A stretch of 64,000 nt of DNA. It comes from Vicinamibacteria bacterium. Its GTDB lineage: Bacteria; Acidobacteriota; Vicinamibacteria; Marinacidobacterales; Marinacidobacteraceae. Shown here in pieces: positions 1 to 9,153 of this stretch. Numbering within the stretch: position 1 is the first letter of the stretch; the number at the start of each line of letters is the position of its first letter. The position numbers and the translations under genes are program-made. The DNA lies in NCBI GenBank assembly GCA_963668695.2, contig CAXXLQ010000004.1:1056001-1120000 (forward strand), given 5' to 3'. The notes beneath the pieces are model-generated. The model searched no databases, was not told where the DNA came from, and saw only the letters and a list, made by a program, of their open reading frames with translations.

Positions 1-32
1 CCCGAGGCACCGGCGATGGAGACGCGGATCAT
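1..32 (-). CDS. N-terminus of ArgC/LysY-type reductase (partial, runs off window)
   Basis: ATG at 32 overlaps the lysX stop; reads [11 protein letters not shown], a typical ArgC/LysY Rossmann start; follows lysW-lysX. Confidence 0.65.
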   Translation of the reverse strand, partial: MIRVSIAGAS

Positions 33-865
33 CGGTCCGGCGACAGGAGGTAGGACACGATCTTCTCCGGGATGTTCACTCCCGTGACGTCAATGCTGTT
101 CCGGAACTCCATCGTGTAGTTGACCTCGTTGACCAGGAGTCCGTCCCCGGTCTCGAAGAGGTCCACCGCGAGGACGCCGCCGCCCACCGCCTCCGCGGCC
201 CTGAGCGATATCTCGGCGAGCTCGCTGGTCACCGGACAATTGGAGGTCCGCCCGCCGCGGGCGGTGTTCGTGATCCAGTGCTCCGATGTCCGATAGACGG
301 CGGCAATGCACTCATCCCCGACCACAAAGCTGCGGATGTCCCGCCCGCCCTTCTCCACATACTTCTGAGCAAAGAAGATCGAGTGGTGGTAGCTGCCGAG
401 GATCGCCTTGTGCTCGATCACGGTTTCGGCCGCCTCCCGATCATTGATCCGGGAAAGCAGCCGCCCCCAGGATCCGACCGCCGGCTTCAGCACCACCGGA
501 TAGCCGAGCTGTTCGATGGCTTCCAGGGTGGAGCCTTCGGTAAACGCGACCCGCGTTTCCGGCTGGGGCACTCCGAACTCCTGCAGCGCGACGGCAGTCA
601 GGATCTTGTCGCCGCACTTGCGGGCGACTTCGTAGCGGTTGATGCATTCGATGCCCACGCTCTCGAAAAGCCGCAAGGCGTGCATCGCCCGAGAATGATT
701 GATGCTTCGCTCGAGGACGATGTCCACCTCGGGTCGCGCCCGGAGGTCGAACACCAGCCGCCGGTCATCGAGAAGGACCAACTCGACACCGGGGCGACTT
801 CGCAGCTCCCGGAGGAGGAGTTTTTCTTCTGGACGAATCAGCGAATGAAGGAAGCCGACCCTCAT
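29..865 (-). CDS. lysX: LysX/ArgX RimK-family ATP-grasp LysW ligase
   Basis: Motifs [37 protein letters not shown]; adjacent to lysW. Confidence 0.9.
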   Translation of the reverse strand: MRVGFLHSLIRPEEKLLLRELRSRPGVELVLLDDRRLVFDLRARPEVDIVLERSINHSRAMHALRLFESVGIECINRYEVARKCGDKILTAVALQEFGVPQPETRVAFTEGSTLEAIEQLGYPVVLKPAVGSWGRLLSRINDREAAETVIEHKAILGSYHHSIFFAQKYVEKGGRDIRSFVVGDECIAAVYRTSEHWITNTARGGRTSNCPVTSELAEISLRAAEAVGGGVLAVDLFETGDGLLVNEVNYTMEFRNSIDVTGVNIPEKIVSYLLSPDR

Positions 866-1026
866 TCACCCCAATCCTCTTCCGCCTCGGGGGCCTCGCC
901 CAGGACGATCGGGTCCAGAGCCAGAATCTCGAGTTCGCTGCCGCACTCCGGACACTCAAGGAGCTCGCTTTCGACCGGGTCGTCAGATATGTCCACCGCG
1001 CCGCCGCACACCGGGCAGTTCGTCAT
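862..1026 (-). CDS. lysW: LysW amino-group carrier protein (54 aa)
   Basis: MTNCPVCG...CPECG zinc ribbon and diagnostic C-terminal EEDWGE; ATG at 1026. Confidence 0.93.
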   Translation of the reverse strand: MTNCPVCGGAVDISDDPVESELLECPECGSELEILALDPIVLGEAPEAEEDWGE

Positions 1027-1154
1027 CGTTTTCTCCCATGGTCTCCCGGAGACGCGACGGAATGTACCCGATCCCCCAGCCGGACCGACGTTTCGCACGG
1101 GCTCGGCACGGTGTGCCAGCTGGCGCTGTGGGATGAACCCCCACCGCCCCGGCG

Positions 1155-1811
1155 CTACTCCCGCAGGATGCGGCAGGCGCGGGTGGTGTTGAAAATTCCG
1201 CAGGAGCAGAAGCGCGCCATCGTCTCCGCGCACTCTTCCGGGGAACGCCGCCCGGTCCGTACCCAATCCAGCATCTTCCGGGCAAACCCGAAAGAGAGCA
1301 TCCCGTGTCCGCACATCGTGGAAAGCTGGAGCGTGGCGCGGTCCGGAAGCCGGTCCAGGTTCCCGAAGAATCCCAGGCTGTACTCGACGCTGTGCCGCAC
1401 GATTCCGGCCTCCTTGGCCAGTGCGGCGGCGCGATCAGTCAGGCCGCTGATATTGACGCTGATGCCGAGGTCGGCTTCCTTCAGGTCCGCGAGGACCGCG
1501 ACCAGCGCTTCTTCGGTGTCGAATACCGCTGAAACCACGGTCGGGGCATCCACGCCCTTGCGAATCGCGTCGGCAGCCAGCCGCTTCCGCCGCCGCCAAT
1601 GCGCCAGCGGGTTGAGCCGGGAAGAACGGAAGATCCCTCCCTTGGTCGCGTCCCCCAGATTGATGGGGCCGTGCCGCAGGGCGATCTCGGTGAATCGCCG
1701 CAGCTTCTCCGGGGACCCCTCGTCGTTGATCCCCCGCGCCGCCATCGCGAACACGATGAAGTCGTCCTTCAGGGTCTCCGGCGCGCCGTAGCGGTGGAGG
1801 GTGTTCGTCAT
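1155..1811 (-). CDS. Conserved hypothetical protein with Cys-rich C-terminus
   Basis: Protein-like segment from MTNTLHRYG; C-terminal TMCGHGM...C...CSCGIFN. Confidence 0.65.
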   Translation of the reverse strand: MTNTLHRYGAPETLKDDFIVFAMAARGINDEGSPEKLRRFTEIALRHGPINLGDATKGGIFRSSRLNPLAHWRRRKRLAADAIRKGVDAPTVVSAVFDTEEALVAVLADLKEADLGISVNISGLTDRAAALAKEAGIVRHSVEYSLGFFGNLDRLPDRATLQLSTMCGHGMLSFGFARKMLDWVRTGRRSPEECAETMARFCSCGIFNTTRACRILRE

Positions 1812-1912
1812 CGGCGCCCGCAAGCATACGGGCTCGCCGGCTCCATCCGGGACGGAGCCAGCGGTAGTCCATCGGTCAGCGCCGATGTCTCCGGTGCTTA
1901 GAATCGGTGGCC

Positions 1913-3343
1913 ATGTCCCCGAACGCGGCAAGCCTCTGGGCCACCCGCCCGACGTCCCTCGCCGGTTCGGAAACCGAAAACGCCAATCCGGCCATTTCGG
2001 CGGCAAACGGCTGGCCTCCCCACCGGAGACCCTCCGGCGGGGGACGGTGGCTCCTGGTGCTGAGCTGCGACGGTAAGTTGGCCCGGGCCACGGCGGCCGA
2101 GGCAGTGTCCGGAGAGCGTCAAGTCGTGGCGCCCGCCCCGGCAATGGAGGACCTGCCGCTTTCCTTGCACCGCCTGGACCCCATTCCGGGCCAGGCGGGC
2201 GCCGTCCTGCTCTCCGACTTTCATCGGGCGTTCCCCTGCCGGGCCGTAGTCCGTCGTCGGGGAAGACTCGACGAAACGCCGCCCCTTCCGGCGGTCGCCA
2301 CTCCCGCCTATGTGCTGGCCCGTCTCAGCCAGCTCGGAGCCGGAAACCGGTTGGTCGTGGCCTCCGCCCAGGAGGACGAAGTGGTGCGTCGCGCCGCCGA
2401 TATGCTCGCTGGAGGGGGCGCCGCCTGTCAGTTTGAGGTGGCGCGCGAACCGGTCTCGCCCGCATCCGCGGCGCCGATTTCGGGGCCGGGCGAAGCGGAA
2501 CTGCATCGCGCGGGAAGTGGCGCGGAGCTACTGCGAATTGCGCTCCACGCTCCAACCGCGGTCGTACGCGTCAAGGCGGCGGCGGCAGCGACCGCCGAGG
2601 ACGGGGATAGCCCGATGGGCCACCTGCTGGCCGGTTGTTCCGCGAACGAACAGAGGAAACCGACGGAGGCGGCAGCTGCGTTTCGGCGGGCAATCGAACG
2701 CGATGAAACGCTGGCCGCGGCCCACTTCGAACTCGGCAAGACCCTGATCGTCCTCGACGACCTGGAAGCGGCGCTCGATTCCTTTCGCCGCACGACGGAC
2801 ACGCTCCCGGAATTCGCTCCCGGTTGGGCGAACGCCGGGGCGGCCCTTGGCGAGCTGGAACGAGCGGACGAAGCGCTCGCCGAGCTGGAGAGGGCCGCCC
2901 ACCTCGATCCGCTCAGCCACTCCCTCGCGTCGAACCTCGGGGTCACCCTGCGGGAACTCGGCCGGCTCGCAGAGGCAGAGCGCGCTTTCCGGTGGGCGCT
3001 GGAACTCGCCCCCGACTTCGTCTTTGGACACTACAACCTGGCGAACGCGGTGTACCTCCAGGGCCGCCATCAGGAAGCGGTCGGGCTCTTCGAGAAAGCC
3101 CAGGGGATGGACCCGTCGGGCTCCGACCGGCAGCGGTTGCTCCTCGCGACGGCCCGGCTGGCGGCCGGAGATCTGGACGGAGCGATCCGGGACTATCGCG
3201 CGGTCTTCGATGGCCTGGACGGCCAGCTGCGGCTGGATATGCGGACGGTCGCGCAGTGGGACCTGAGAAGGCTGGCCGAACGGGTCGGAATCAGTCCGGG
3301 AATCCGGAGCGCCGCAGAATTTGTCCGTTCCGTCCGCGTCTGA
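1913..3343 (+). CDS. Tetratricopeptide repeat protein
   Basis: Several TPR-like repeats (AAHFELGKTL, GWANAGAALG, ASNLGVTL, GHYNLANAV) in the C-terminal half; start uncertain. Confidence 0.8.
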   Translation: MSPNAASLWATRPTSLAGSETENANPAISAANGWPPHRRPSGGGRWLLVLSCDGKLARATAAEAVSGERQVVAPAPAMEDLPLSLHRLDPIPGQAGAVLLSDFHRAFPCRAVVRRRGRLDETPPLPAVATPAYVLARLSQLGAGNRLVVASAQEDEVVRRAADMLAGGGAACQFEVAREPVSPASAAPISGPGEAELHRAGSGAELLRIALHAPTAVVRVKAAAAATAEDGDSPMGHLLAGCSANEQRKPTEAAAAFRRAIERDETLAAAHFELGKTLIVLDDLEAALDSFRRTTDTLPEFAPGWANAGAALGELERADEALAELERAAHLDPLSHSLASNLGVTLRELGRLAEAERAFRWALELAPDFVFGHYNLANAVYLQGRHQEAVGLFEKAQGMDPSGSDRQRLLLATARLAAGDLDGAIRDYRAVFDGLDGQLRLDMRTVAQWDLRRLAERVGISPGIRSAAEFVRSVRV

Positions 3344-3413
3344 CTTGCCGGTGGCCCGCCGGGCCGGGAGGCGGATCAGGCCTCCCCGCGGGCGGCTGAG
3401 AACGGCATCCCAT

Positions 3414-3443
3414 TTGACTTCAACCCCCCGTCAGCCGTATAAG
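3414..3443 (+). promoter_or_regulatory. Putative sigma70 promoter of the 3510-6647 operon
   Basis: TTGACT-18 bp-TATAAG upstream of a GGAG RBS and ATG 3510. Confidence 0.5.
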
Positions 3444-3509
3444 CACTGGTTCCCGCGACAGGAATTCCTTGCCCGCCGGCCATCCTCGGGCGAACGGAGT
3501 ACTCCCCCC

Positions 3510-4994
3510 ATGAAGAGCCACTACCGCCATCTCAAGACACCCAAAGGCTCGGCAGTCGGCCTTCTCGCCGTTGGCGCCGCACTGCTGTTGCTCGGCGGGT
3601 TTGCCGCGGCGCAGGACGAAAAAGCGGAACCGAAGCCACCCGAGGGCAAGACGCATCCGCTCCTTGAGCCGCACGACGTGCTGAACGAGTTCGGGGTGAT
3701 GAGTTCGAGCGGACACGATGACGGCGGCTGGGGTCTGGCGCCCGAGCTTCGCGTCCCCGAGCAGTACCAGTACCGGCGCCGCGACCAGCAGCTCAAGGAA
3801 GTGGACCTCACCGGCAACCAGCTTCCGCCGGTGCTCACCGAGATGAGGGTGCTCTCCAAGGAGGTGGCTCCGGGAGAGGAGGTTCGCGCCATCGCCCGGG
3901 TGCTTTCCCCCTACAACAAGGCCCAGTCGTTCGTCTCCCTGTTCTACAACCAAGAGCTCGGCCGCGCGGCCACCATGTACATCAACTTCAAGCCCCACGA
4001 GGACGACGAGACCCTCTTCCTCGGCCGCGGCAAGCTCTCCCGCTTCGCGGCCCCCGGCCGCTATGTGGTCGGCACCACGATCATCGCCGACAAGGTCGGC
4101 GACCGGAAGGCCTATTGGGCTGATTTCCACCGGGCGATGCAGGACGACGACGGCGAGCCGATCGGCTTCGAGGTGACCCCGAGCGACAGCGTGGACATCA
4201 CTGCACCGACCCTCAAGTCCGTCGCGGTCGAAACCGACCGTGTCCGGGCCGGAAGCGGCCTCATCAAGTACAGCGTGATCGCCGAGGACGAGGTCTCCGG
4301 GCCCACGGAGGCGGAAACGGTCTGGGTTTCGCCGAGCGGCTACCATCAGATTCGCTCGACCATGGTGATGGTGGGCGGCCAGCCGGGCCTCTTCCGGGGC
4401 GCGCTCCAGATCCCGCAGTGGTACGAGGGCGGCGAATGGCAGCTCATGCGCATCACGCTGAAGGACCACGCGACGAACATCCGGTACTACTTCAACCGGA
4501 CCGAACCGCTGATGGAAGCCGCCACGGTGCAGGTGGACCAGGAGAGGGAAATGATCGACCAGGTGCCGGCCAAGGTGCTGGCGGTCCAGTTCACCAAGCT
4601 CGAAGCCAAGCTCGGAGAACAGGTTGGCCTCACGGTCCTCGCCGAGGACAACCTCTCGGGCGTGCATGGAATCGAGGGATACGTTCGTTCTCCAAACGGC
4701 GCCGATGCCATCAAGGTGAAGCTCAAGAGCCTCACCCCGGAGATGGGCGGCTTCGTGGCGCTGAACCGTCCTTCGAAGCTCCCCGAGCCCCACATCTGGA
4801 CCGGCTCCTTCACCGTCACCGACACGATGGAGTGGGGGGATTGGGAGCTGGTGCGGCTCGGCATCTCCGACGAGGCGCGTAACTTCTACACGTACTACGA
4901 GGATCGCGATTCCGAGATAGACGGAATCACCGTGAACTTCTACAACGAAGACACCGAGACCGCCGAAGAAGGCGGCAAGGAGGGTCCGCGATGA
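3510..4994 (+). CDS. Secreted protein with three internal beta-rich (Ig-like) repeats
   Basis: Signal peptide ending AAA-Q; repeats of PxLxxV...V.AED..SG...Y/W.SP.G...G.W....I...D...N; strong codon bias. Confidence 0.75.
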   Translation: MKSHYRHLKTPKGSAVGLLAVGAALLLLGGFAAAQDEKAEPKPPEGKTHPLLEPHDVLNEFGVMSSSGHDDGGWGLAPELRVPEQYQYRRRDQQLKEVDLTGNQLPPVLTEMRVLSKEVAPGEEVRAIARVLSPYNKAQSFVSLFYNQELGRAATMYINFKPHEDDETLFLGRGKLSRFAAPGRYVVGTTIIADKVGDRKAYWADFHRAMQDDDGEPIGFEVTPSDSVDITAPTLKSVAVETDRVRAGSGLIKYSVIAEDEVSGPTEAETVWVSPSGYHQIRSTMVMVGGQPGLFRGALQIPQWYEGGEWQLMRITLKDHATNIRYYFNRTEPLMEAATVQVDQEREMIDQVPAKVLAVQFTKLEAKLGEQVGLTVLAEDNLSGVHGIEGYVRSPNGADAIKVKLKSLTPEMGGFVALNRPSKLPEPHIWTGSFTVTDTMEWGDWELVRLGISDEARNFYTYYEDRDSEIDGITVNFYNEDTETAEEGGKEGPR

Positions 4995-6331
4995 CCGCCA
5001 AAACGCTCGACCGCCGCGACTTTTTCAAACTGGGCGCGGCAGCCAGTGCCGGTGCAGTGCTTTCCACGCGGAACGCCGCCGGCAGCCCCATCTTTGAAGC
5101 GGGCGCCGGGATCCCTCAGGGCGGCATGGTGCTGCCGGCGAATCCGGGCTTCAAGACGAAGCATCTGGTGACCATCATTCTGGGCAACGGCGCCCGGAAG
5201 ATTGACGTCATCGACAACCCGGAGCACTCGCCCTACCAGACGAAGATGGCTGCCGACGGCACGGTCTTCACCGAGGATTACGGCGAGACCGCCAACCTCC
5301 ACGGCTACATGTACTCCGAGGTGCTCAGCGGCGTGGATGCTCCCGCCCAGCGGCCCCGCTACCCCACTTGGGCCGAGTACATCCGGAAGAAGGCCGGCGG
5401 GAAGGCGACCGACTTCTGGACCCTCCAGGGTGCGTCCTACTACCGCGCCTGGACCTGGGACGTGAAGCACTTCAGCCAGCATCCGGAATACGGCGTGAAG
5501 CACGGGTCCACGAGCCTCACGATGAACCGGATCTTCTATCCGGAACAGAAGCTCACCGGCGCACAGATCGTGGATCTGAACGTCGAGAAGGGCCTCGGGC
5601 ATACGCCGAAGGAGCGGCAGCAGGTCGTGGACTTCGTCGACGGCGTGCTGGCGCAGAAGTCGTACATCCCGCCATCCACCCGAGAGCCGGTCATCAACCG
5701 GGAGATCCCCTACGGGGACGCCCAGGTGCTGACCCTGGTGCCTCAGATCCTCAAGGAGTTCAAGCCGAAGTCCATCACCGCGCAGATCCTCGCGCTGGAT
5801 GACGCGCACGCCGACTTCGGGTTCTGGGACTACAACACGGACTACTGGGAGTACATCAAGCACATCAAGACCACCGATGAGCTGATCGGCAACCTGTGGC
5901 GCCAGATCCAATCCGACTCGTACCTCAGGGACACCACCGCCTTGGTGATCCGTCCCGAGTGCGGCCGCGACGACGAAGTGAACATCTACGGGCAGCTTGG
6001 CCACAGCCCGGGCAACTACTACGCCCACTACGTGTGGTTCATGGCGCTCGGGCCCGACTTCAAGAAGGGCCACACCGTGACCGAGCGGGTGCAGCGGCGG
6101 GACGTCGTTCCGACGCTGGTCTACCTCATGTCGGGTGAGAACGCCGAGTACGCCACCGGGCACGTCCGGACCCAGATGTTCAAGGACGAGTACAACCTGC
6201 CGAAGTACATCCTTCCGCCGACCGCCGAGGTGAAAGAGCCCGCGGTTGACTGGGAGAAGATCGTGGAAGAGCGCCGGACCGCCGAGAAGATCAAGGAGTT
6301 TGCGCGCTCGACCGTCGGTTACGGCGACTGA
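4991..6331 (+). CDS. Tat-exported alkaline-phosphatase/sulfatase-superfamily-like protein
   Basis: DRRDFFK Tat motif; KHLVTIILGNG, DDAH, D.LIGNLW..IQ, TTALVIRPECGRD, DVVPT pattern; ATGA overlap with the upstream gene. Confidence 0.7.
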   Translation: MTAKTLDRRDFFKLGAAASAGAVLSTRNAAGSPIFEAGAGIPQGGMVLPANPGFKTKHLVTIILGNGARKIDVIDNPEHSPYQTKMAADGTVFTEDYGETANLHGYMYSEVLSGVDAPAQRPRYPTWAEYIRKKAGGKATDFWTLQGASYYRAWTWDVKHFSQHPEYGVKHGSTSLTMNRIFYPEQKLTGAQIVDLNVEKGLGHTPKERQQVVDFVDGVLAQKSYIPPSTREPVINREIPYGDAQVLTLVPQILKEFKPKSITAQILALDDAHADFGFWDYNTDYWEYIKHIKTTDELIGNLWRQIQSDSYLRDTTALVIRPECGRDDEVNIYGQLGHSPGNYYAHYVWFMALGPDFKKGHTVTERVQRRDVVPTLVYLMSGENAEYATGHVRTQMFKDEYNLPKYILPPTAEVKEPAVDWEKIVEERRTAEKIKEFARSTVGYGD

Positions 6332-6377
6332 GCAGCGGACCCAGGTCCCGACCAACAAACCAAGGAGATCACCCAAA

Positions 6378-6647
6378 ATGGACGACCTGAACCGTCGCGC
6401 ATTCCTCAGGAGGGCCGGCTTCGCCTTCGCCGGCGTGGTGGGCGCCGCCTCGTTCGCGGCTGCCCAGCAGCAGGAAGAGGAAAAGAAGGAAGACGAAGAG
6501 ACGCAGGAGGAGATCGATTACGACGCCCTCTTCGCCGAGGACTCCGGGGACGAGGACACCCGGGCCTGCCCGCAGTGCGGGGCTCTCATGTACCGACAGG
6601 GCCGGACCTGGACCTGCGAGAACTGCGGCTACAGCTACGTCGAATAG
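6378..6647 (+). CDS. Small Tat-signal protein with acidic linker and C-terminal CxxC-CxxC zinc ribbon
   Basis: AAGGAG RBS; NRRAFL; CPQCG...CENCG. Confidence 0.75.
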   Translation: MDDLNRRAFLRRAGFAFAGVVGAASFAAAQQQEEEKKEDEETQEEIDYDALFAEDSGDEDTRACPQCGALMYRQGRTWTCENCGYSYVE

Positions 6648-6672
6648 CCTCTCGCGGCTGCTGAGACGCTAA

Positions 6673-6717
6673 GACGGCGCCGTCGGATCTGCGGTTTCGC
6701 AGGTTCCGGTGGCCGTC
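6673..6717 (+). terminator. Imperfect hairpin after the operon, possible terminator
   Basis: gacggc...tgcg-gttt-cgca...gccgtc stem; no clear U-tract. Confidence 0.3.
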
Positions 6718-6768
6718 GCATGTTCCCGCTGGCGCTCAGGCGGCAGCGGGACTTCTCGCTCGGGCTAG

Positions 6769-7068
6769 TAGCCTGTGGTGGAACCCGGGTGAGCGCCGAG
6801 CCCGGTCAGTCCTCCCGGTGGGGGCGAGGCGCCCGGCTGACAAGGCGCGTGAGGGAGGAATACCGAGTGTATTTCGCGAGTGTATTTCGACCGAAACGCA
6901 ACGATGAGCGGCGCGCAGCGACGCTGTTTGGCCGGGATGGATCGCCGGCCGAGCCCCCACCGGGAGAACTGGGCCGCGTGGGTTCCACCACCCGCTGTTT
7001 GGCCGGGATGCATCGCCGGGCGAGCCCCCACCGAGAGAACTGGGCCGCTCGGGTTTCGCCACCACCTG
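6769..7068 (+). mobile_element. MITE-like repeat copy with duplicated right half and 18-bp modules
   Basis: CTAG then tagcctgtggtggaaccc, core ggctgacaaggcgcg...gaccgaaacgcaacgatgagcg, two right halves. Confidence 0.8.
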
Positions 7069-7079
7069 CTCACGCGCGC

Positions 7080-7811
7080 TCAGGCGGGCGCCGGGATGAG
7101 CAGGTGTCCGAAGACGATGAAGAAGAAACCCGCGGTGGAGAGCATCGCGTGCTCGGCGCTGCCCCGCCGATAGCTCCAGAAGCGGAAGCCGGCGGCCGGA
7201 GTCCTGCCGTCCAGCACCGCGCGGGTGTAGTAGATCCGCTGCGCTGCGATCACATTCCCCAGGATCGCGACCACGATCAATGAAGCGTGGACGTTCCCGG
7301 CCACGAGTCCGACGATGATGCCGACCGTGCGTTCCGGACGCTCCAGGAATCCGATTTCACAGCCGGGAATGACGTTCTCGGCGCGGGCGCGGGCGTATGA
7401 AGTGGCGACAGTCCCCGCGGTGGCGAGACACCAGATCGCGAGCCAAAGACCCTGTTCCGGTCCGTGGGAGTACGCGAGCAGATACACGAGCAGACCGAAC
7501 ATAAGCAACATGTCGGCGTAGCGATCCACTACGGAATCCAGATAGGCGCCGAAACGCGTGACCCCGCGGGACATGCGGGCTACCGCACCATCAAGCGCAT
7601 CGAAGGTGATCGCGAGCAACCCTACCCAGCCGGCGGTCCACTGATCCCCCTCAAGGAGGGGCCAGAAGACGAACGTCATCGCGACGGGACCCGCGAGGGT
7701 CACGGCGTTCGGCGGGACGTGCGCCCGTATGATCCCGCGCGCAATGCCGTCCCGAATTCCCGCCATCAGGCCTGCCAGGAATCGGCCCAAATTGCTGAAG
7801 AACCGGTTCAC
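7080..7811 (-). CDS. CDP-alcohol phosphatidyltransferase family
   Basis: Signature DALDGAVAR...GAYLDSVVD; hydrophobic; GTG start assumed. Confidence 0.9.
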   Translation of the reverse strand: MNRFFSNLGRFLAGLMAGIRDGIARGIIRAHVPPNAVTLAGPVAMTFVFWPLLEGDQWTAGWVGLLAITFDALDGAVARMSRGVTRFGAYLDSVVDRYADMLLMFGLLVYLLAYSHGPEQGLWLAIWCLATAGTVATSYARARAENVIPGCEIGFLERPERTVGIIVGLVAGNVHASLIVVAILGNVIAAQRIYYTRAVLDGRTPAAGFRFWSYRRGSAEHAMLSTAGFFFIVFGHLLIPAPA

Positions 7812-8006
7812 GGGGTCTCGGATCGCAGTGCCGGCGCAGTCGCGGCCCGGCAAGACTCAGGGCGTGGCAAGGGGACGGTGGCGGGCGCCTTCAAGGGGGA
7901 TAGGGGCAAGGGCGCTCTGGCGGAGCGGCGCCGCGTGTGGCGCCCTGCCGCGCCGAGAGGCGAGTAGCATATGCGCGATCACGCGTTTGGTCGGGGTTTC
8001 AGTGGA

Positions 8007-8939
8007 ATGAGCGGCCTTCCCCTGGTGATCGCAAACCCCCAGGCCGGGGATGGCAGCGGACGGGATCGTTGGTGGGCCGCCTCCGGACTCGTCGCCGATC
8101 GGCTTGGTCCGCACGATCTCGTCTGGACCGAGGAGGCTGGCCACGCGGAGCGGATCGCCCGGGCGGAGGGTAACGAGCGGTCCCTCCTGATCGCCTACGG
8201 GGGGGACGGCACTGCCTCCGAAGTGGCCCGGGGTCTTGTCCTGTCCGGCGGCAGCGCCGAATTGGGCCTTCTTCCAAGCGGCACCGGCAACGACTTTGCC
8301 AGCGATGCCGGGATCCCTGCCCGCCTGCCGGAAGCGGCCCATTTCGTGAGCCGGACCCCGGCCCAGCCTACGGATCTCGGGTATATCGAGGACGCGGCCG
8401 GGTCCTCCCGATTCTTCCTGAACAGTTTCTCCTTGGGGCTCGCGGCGTCGGTTGCGGAAAGGGCTTCCCGGGGCAGCGGCTCGGGCCGGGCTACCTACGC
8501 AGCGGCCGCGGCGCGGGAAATCACCGTCTTCCAGCCGCTGTCGTTCCGCGTCGGCCTCAACGGAGCCCCCGCGAGACCCCGAACGCTCCTGAACCTCACC
8601 TTCCTCAACTCGCGCCGATTTGGTGGTGGGATTCGCCTCGCCCCACCCGCCGACCCCGGTGATGGGCTACTGGATGCGGTTCTGGTCGGACCGCTCGGTC
8701 CTCTCGCGCTGCTGGATGCCGTGTTCCGGCTCACCCGGGGAGCACACTTCGGACGCCGGGAGATCGAGCATCACCGGATCTCGCGCGCCGTGATCGAGGC
8801 GCTGGATTCGTCCCGCGACACGGGACACGGACACGAGCTGCTCTCCGAAGTAGACGGTGAAATCGCTCGCTGGCAGGAAGCGCTCACCGTGTCGGTGGCC
8901 CGCGGCGCGGTCCGGATCAGGAGAGCCGTCGACCTCTAG
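8007..8939 (+). CDS. Diacylglycerol kinase family lipid kinase
   Basis: IANP.AG, GGDGT, P.GTGNDFA, FGGG, DGE motifs. Confidence 0.9.
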   Translation: MSGLPLVIANPQAGDGSGRDRWWAASGLVADRLGPHDLVWTEEAGHAERIARAEGNERSLLIAYGGDGTASEVARGLVLSGGSAELGLLPSGTGNDFASDAGIPARLPEAAHFVSRTPAQPTDLGYIEDAAGSSRFFLNSFSLGLAASVAERASRGSGSGRATYAAAAAREITVFQPLSFRVGLNGAPARPRTLLNLTFLNSRRFGGGIRLAPPADPGDGLLDAVLVGPLGPLALLDAVFRLTRGAHFGRREIEHHRISRAVIEALDSSRDTGHGHELLSEVDGEIARWQEALTVSVARGAVRIRRAVDL

Positions 8940-9118
8940 CAGCCCATGGTGAAACCCAAGCGGCGTTCGAGCGGCGATCCATCCCGTCTGAACCACGCCG
9001 CTTTGCGGCGCTCTGCGTTGCGTTTCGGTCGAAATACACCCGGTATTCCTCCCTCACGCGCCTTGTCAGCCGGGCGCCTCGCCGCTCTCGGCGCTCACCC
9101 GGGCTCCACCACCGGCTG
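8940..9118 (-). mobile_element. MITE-like repeat copy (simple form), followed by an end fragment at 9123-9143
   Basis: Flanked by CTAG on both sides; the left CTAG contains the kinase stop codon. Confidence 0.85.
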
Positions 9119-9153
9119 CTAGCAGCCCGTGGATGAAGTGACGGGATCGCCGG

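Noticed and set aside
3420-6376. Long minus-strand ORFs (457 and 478 aa)
   Set aside because: Antisense to plus-strand genes that have signal peptides, RBS and coupling
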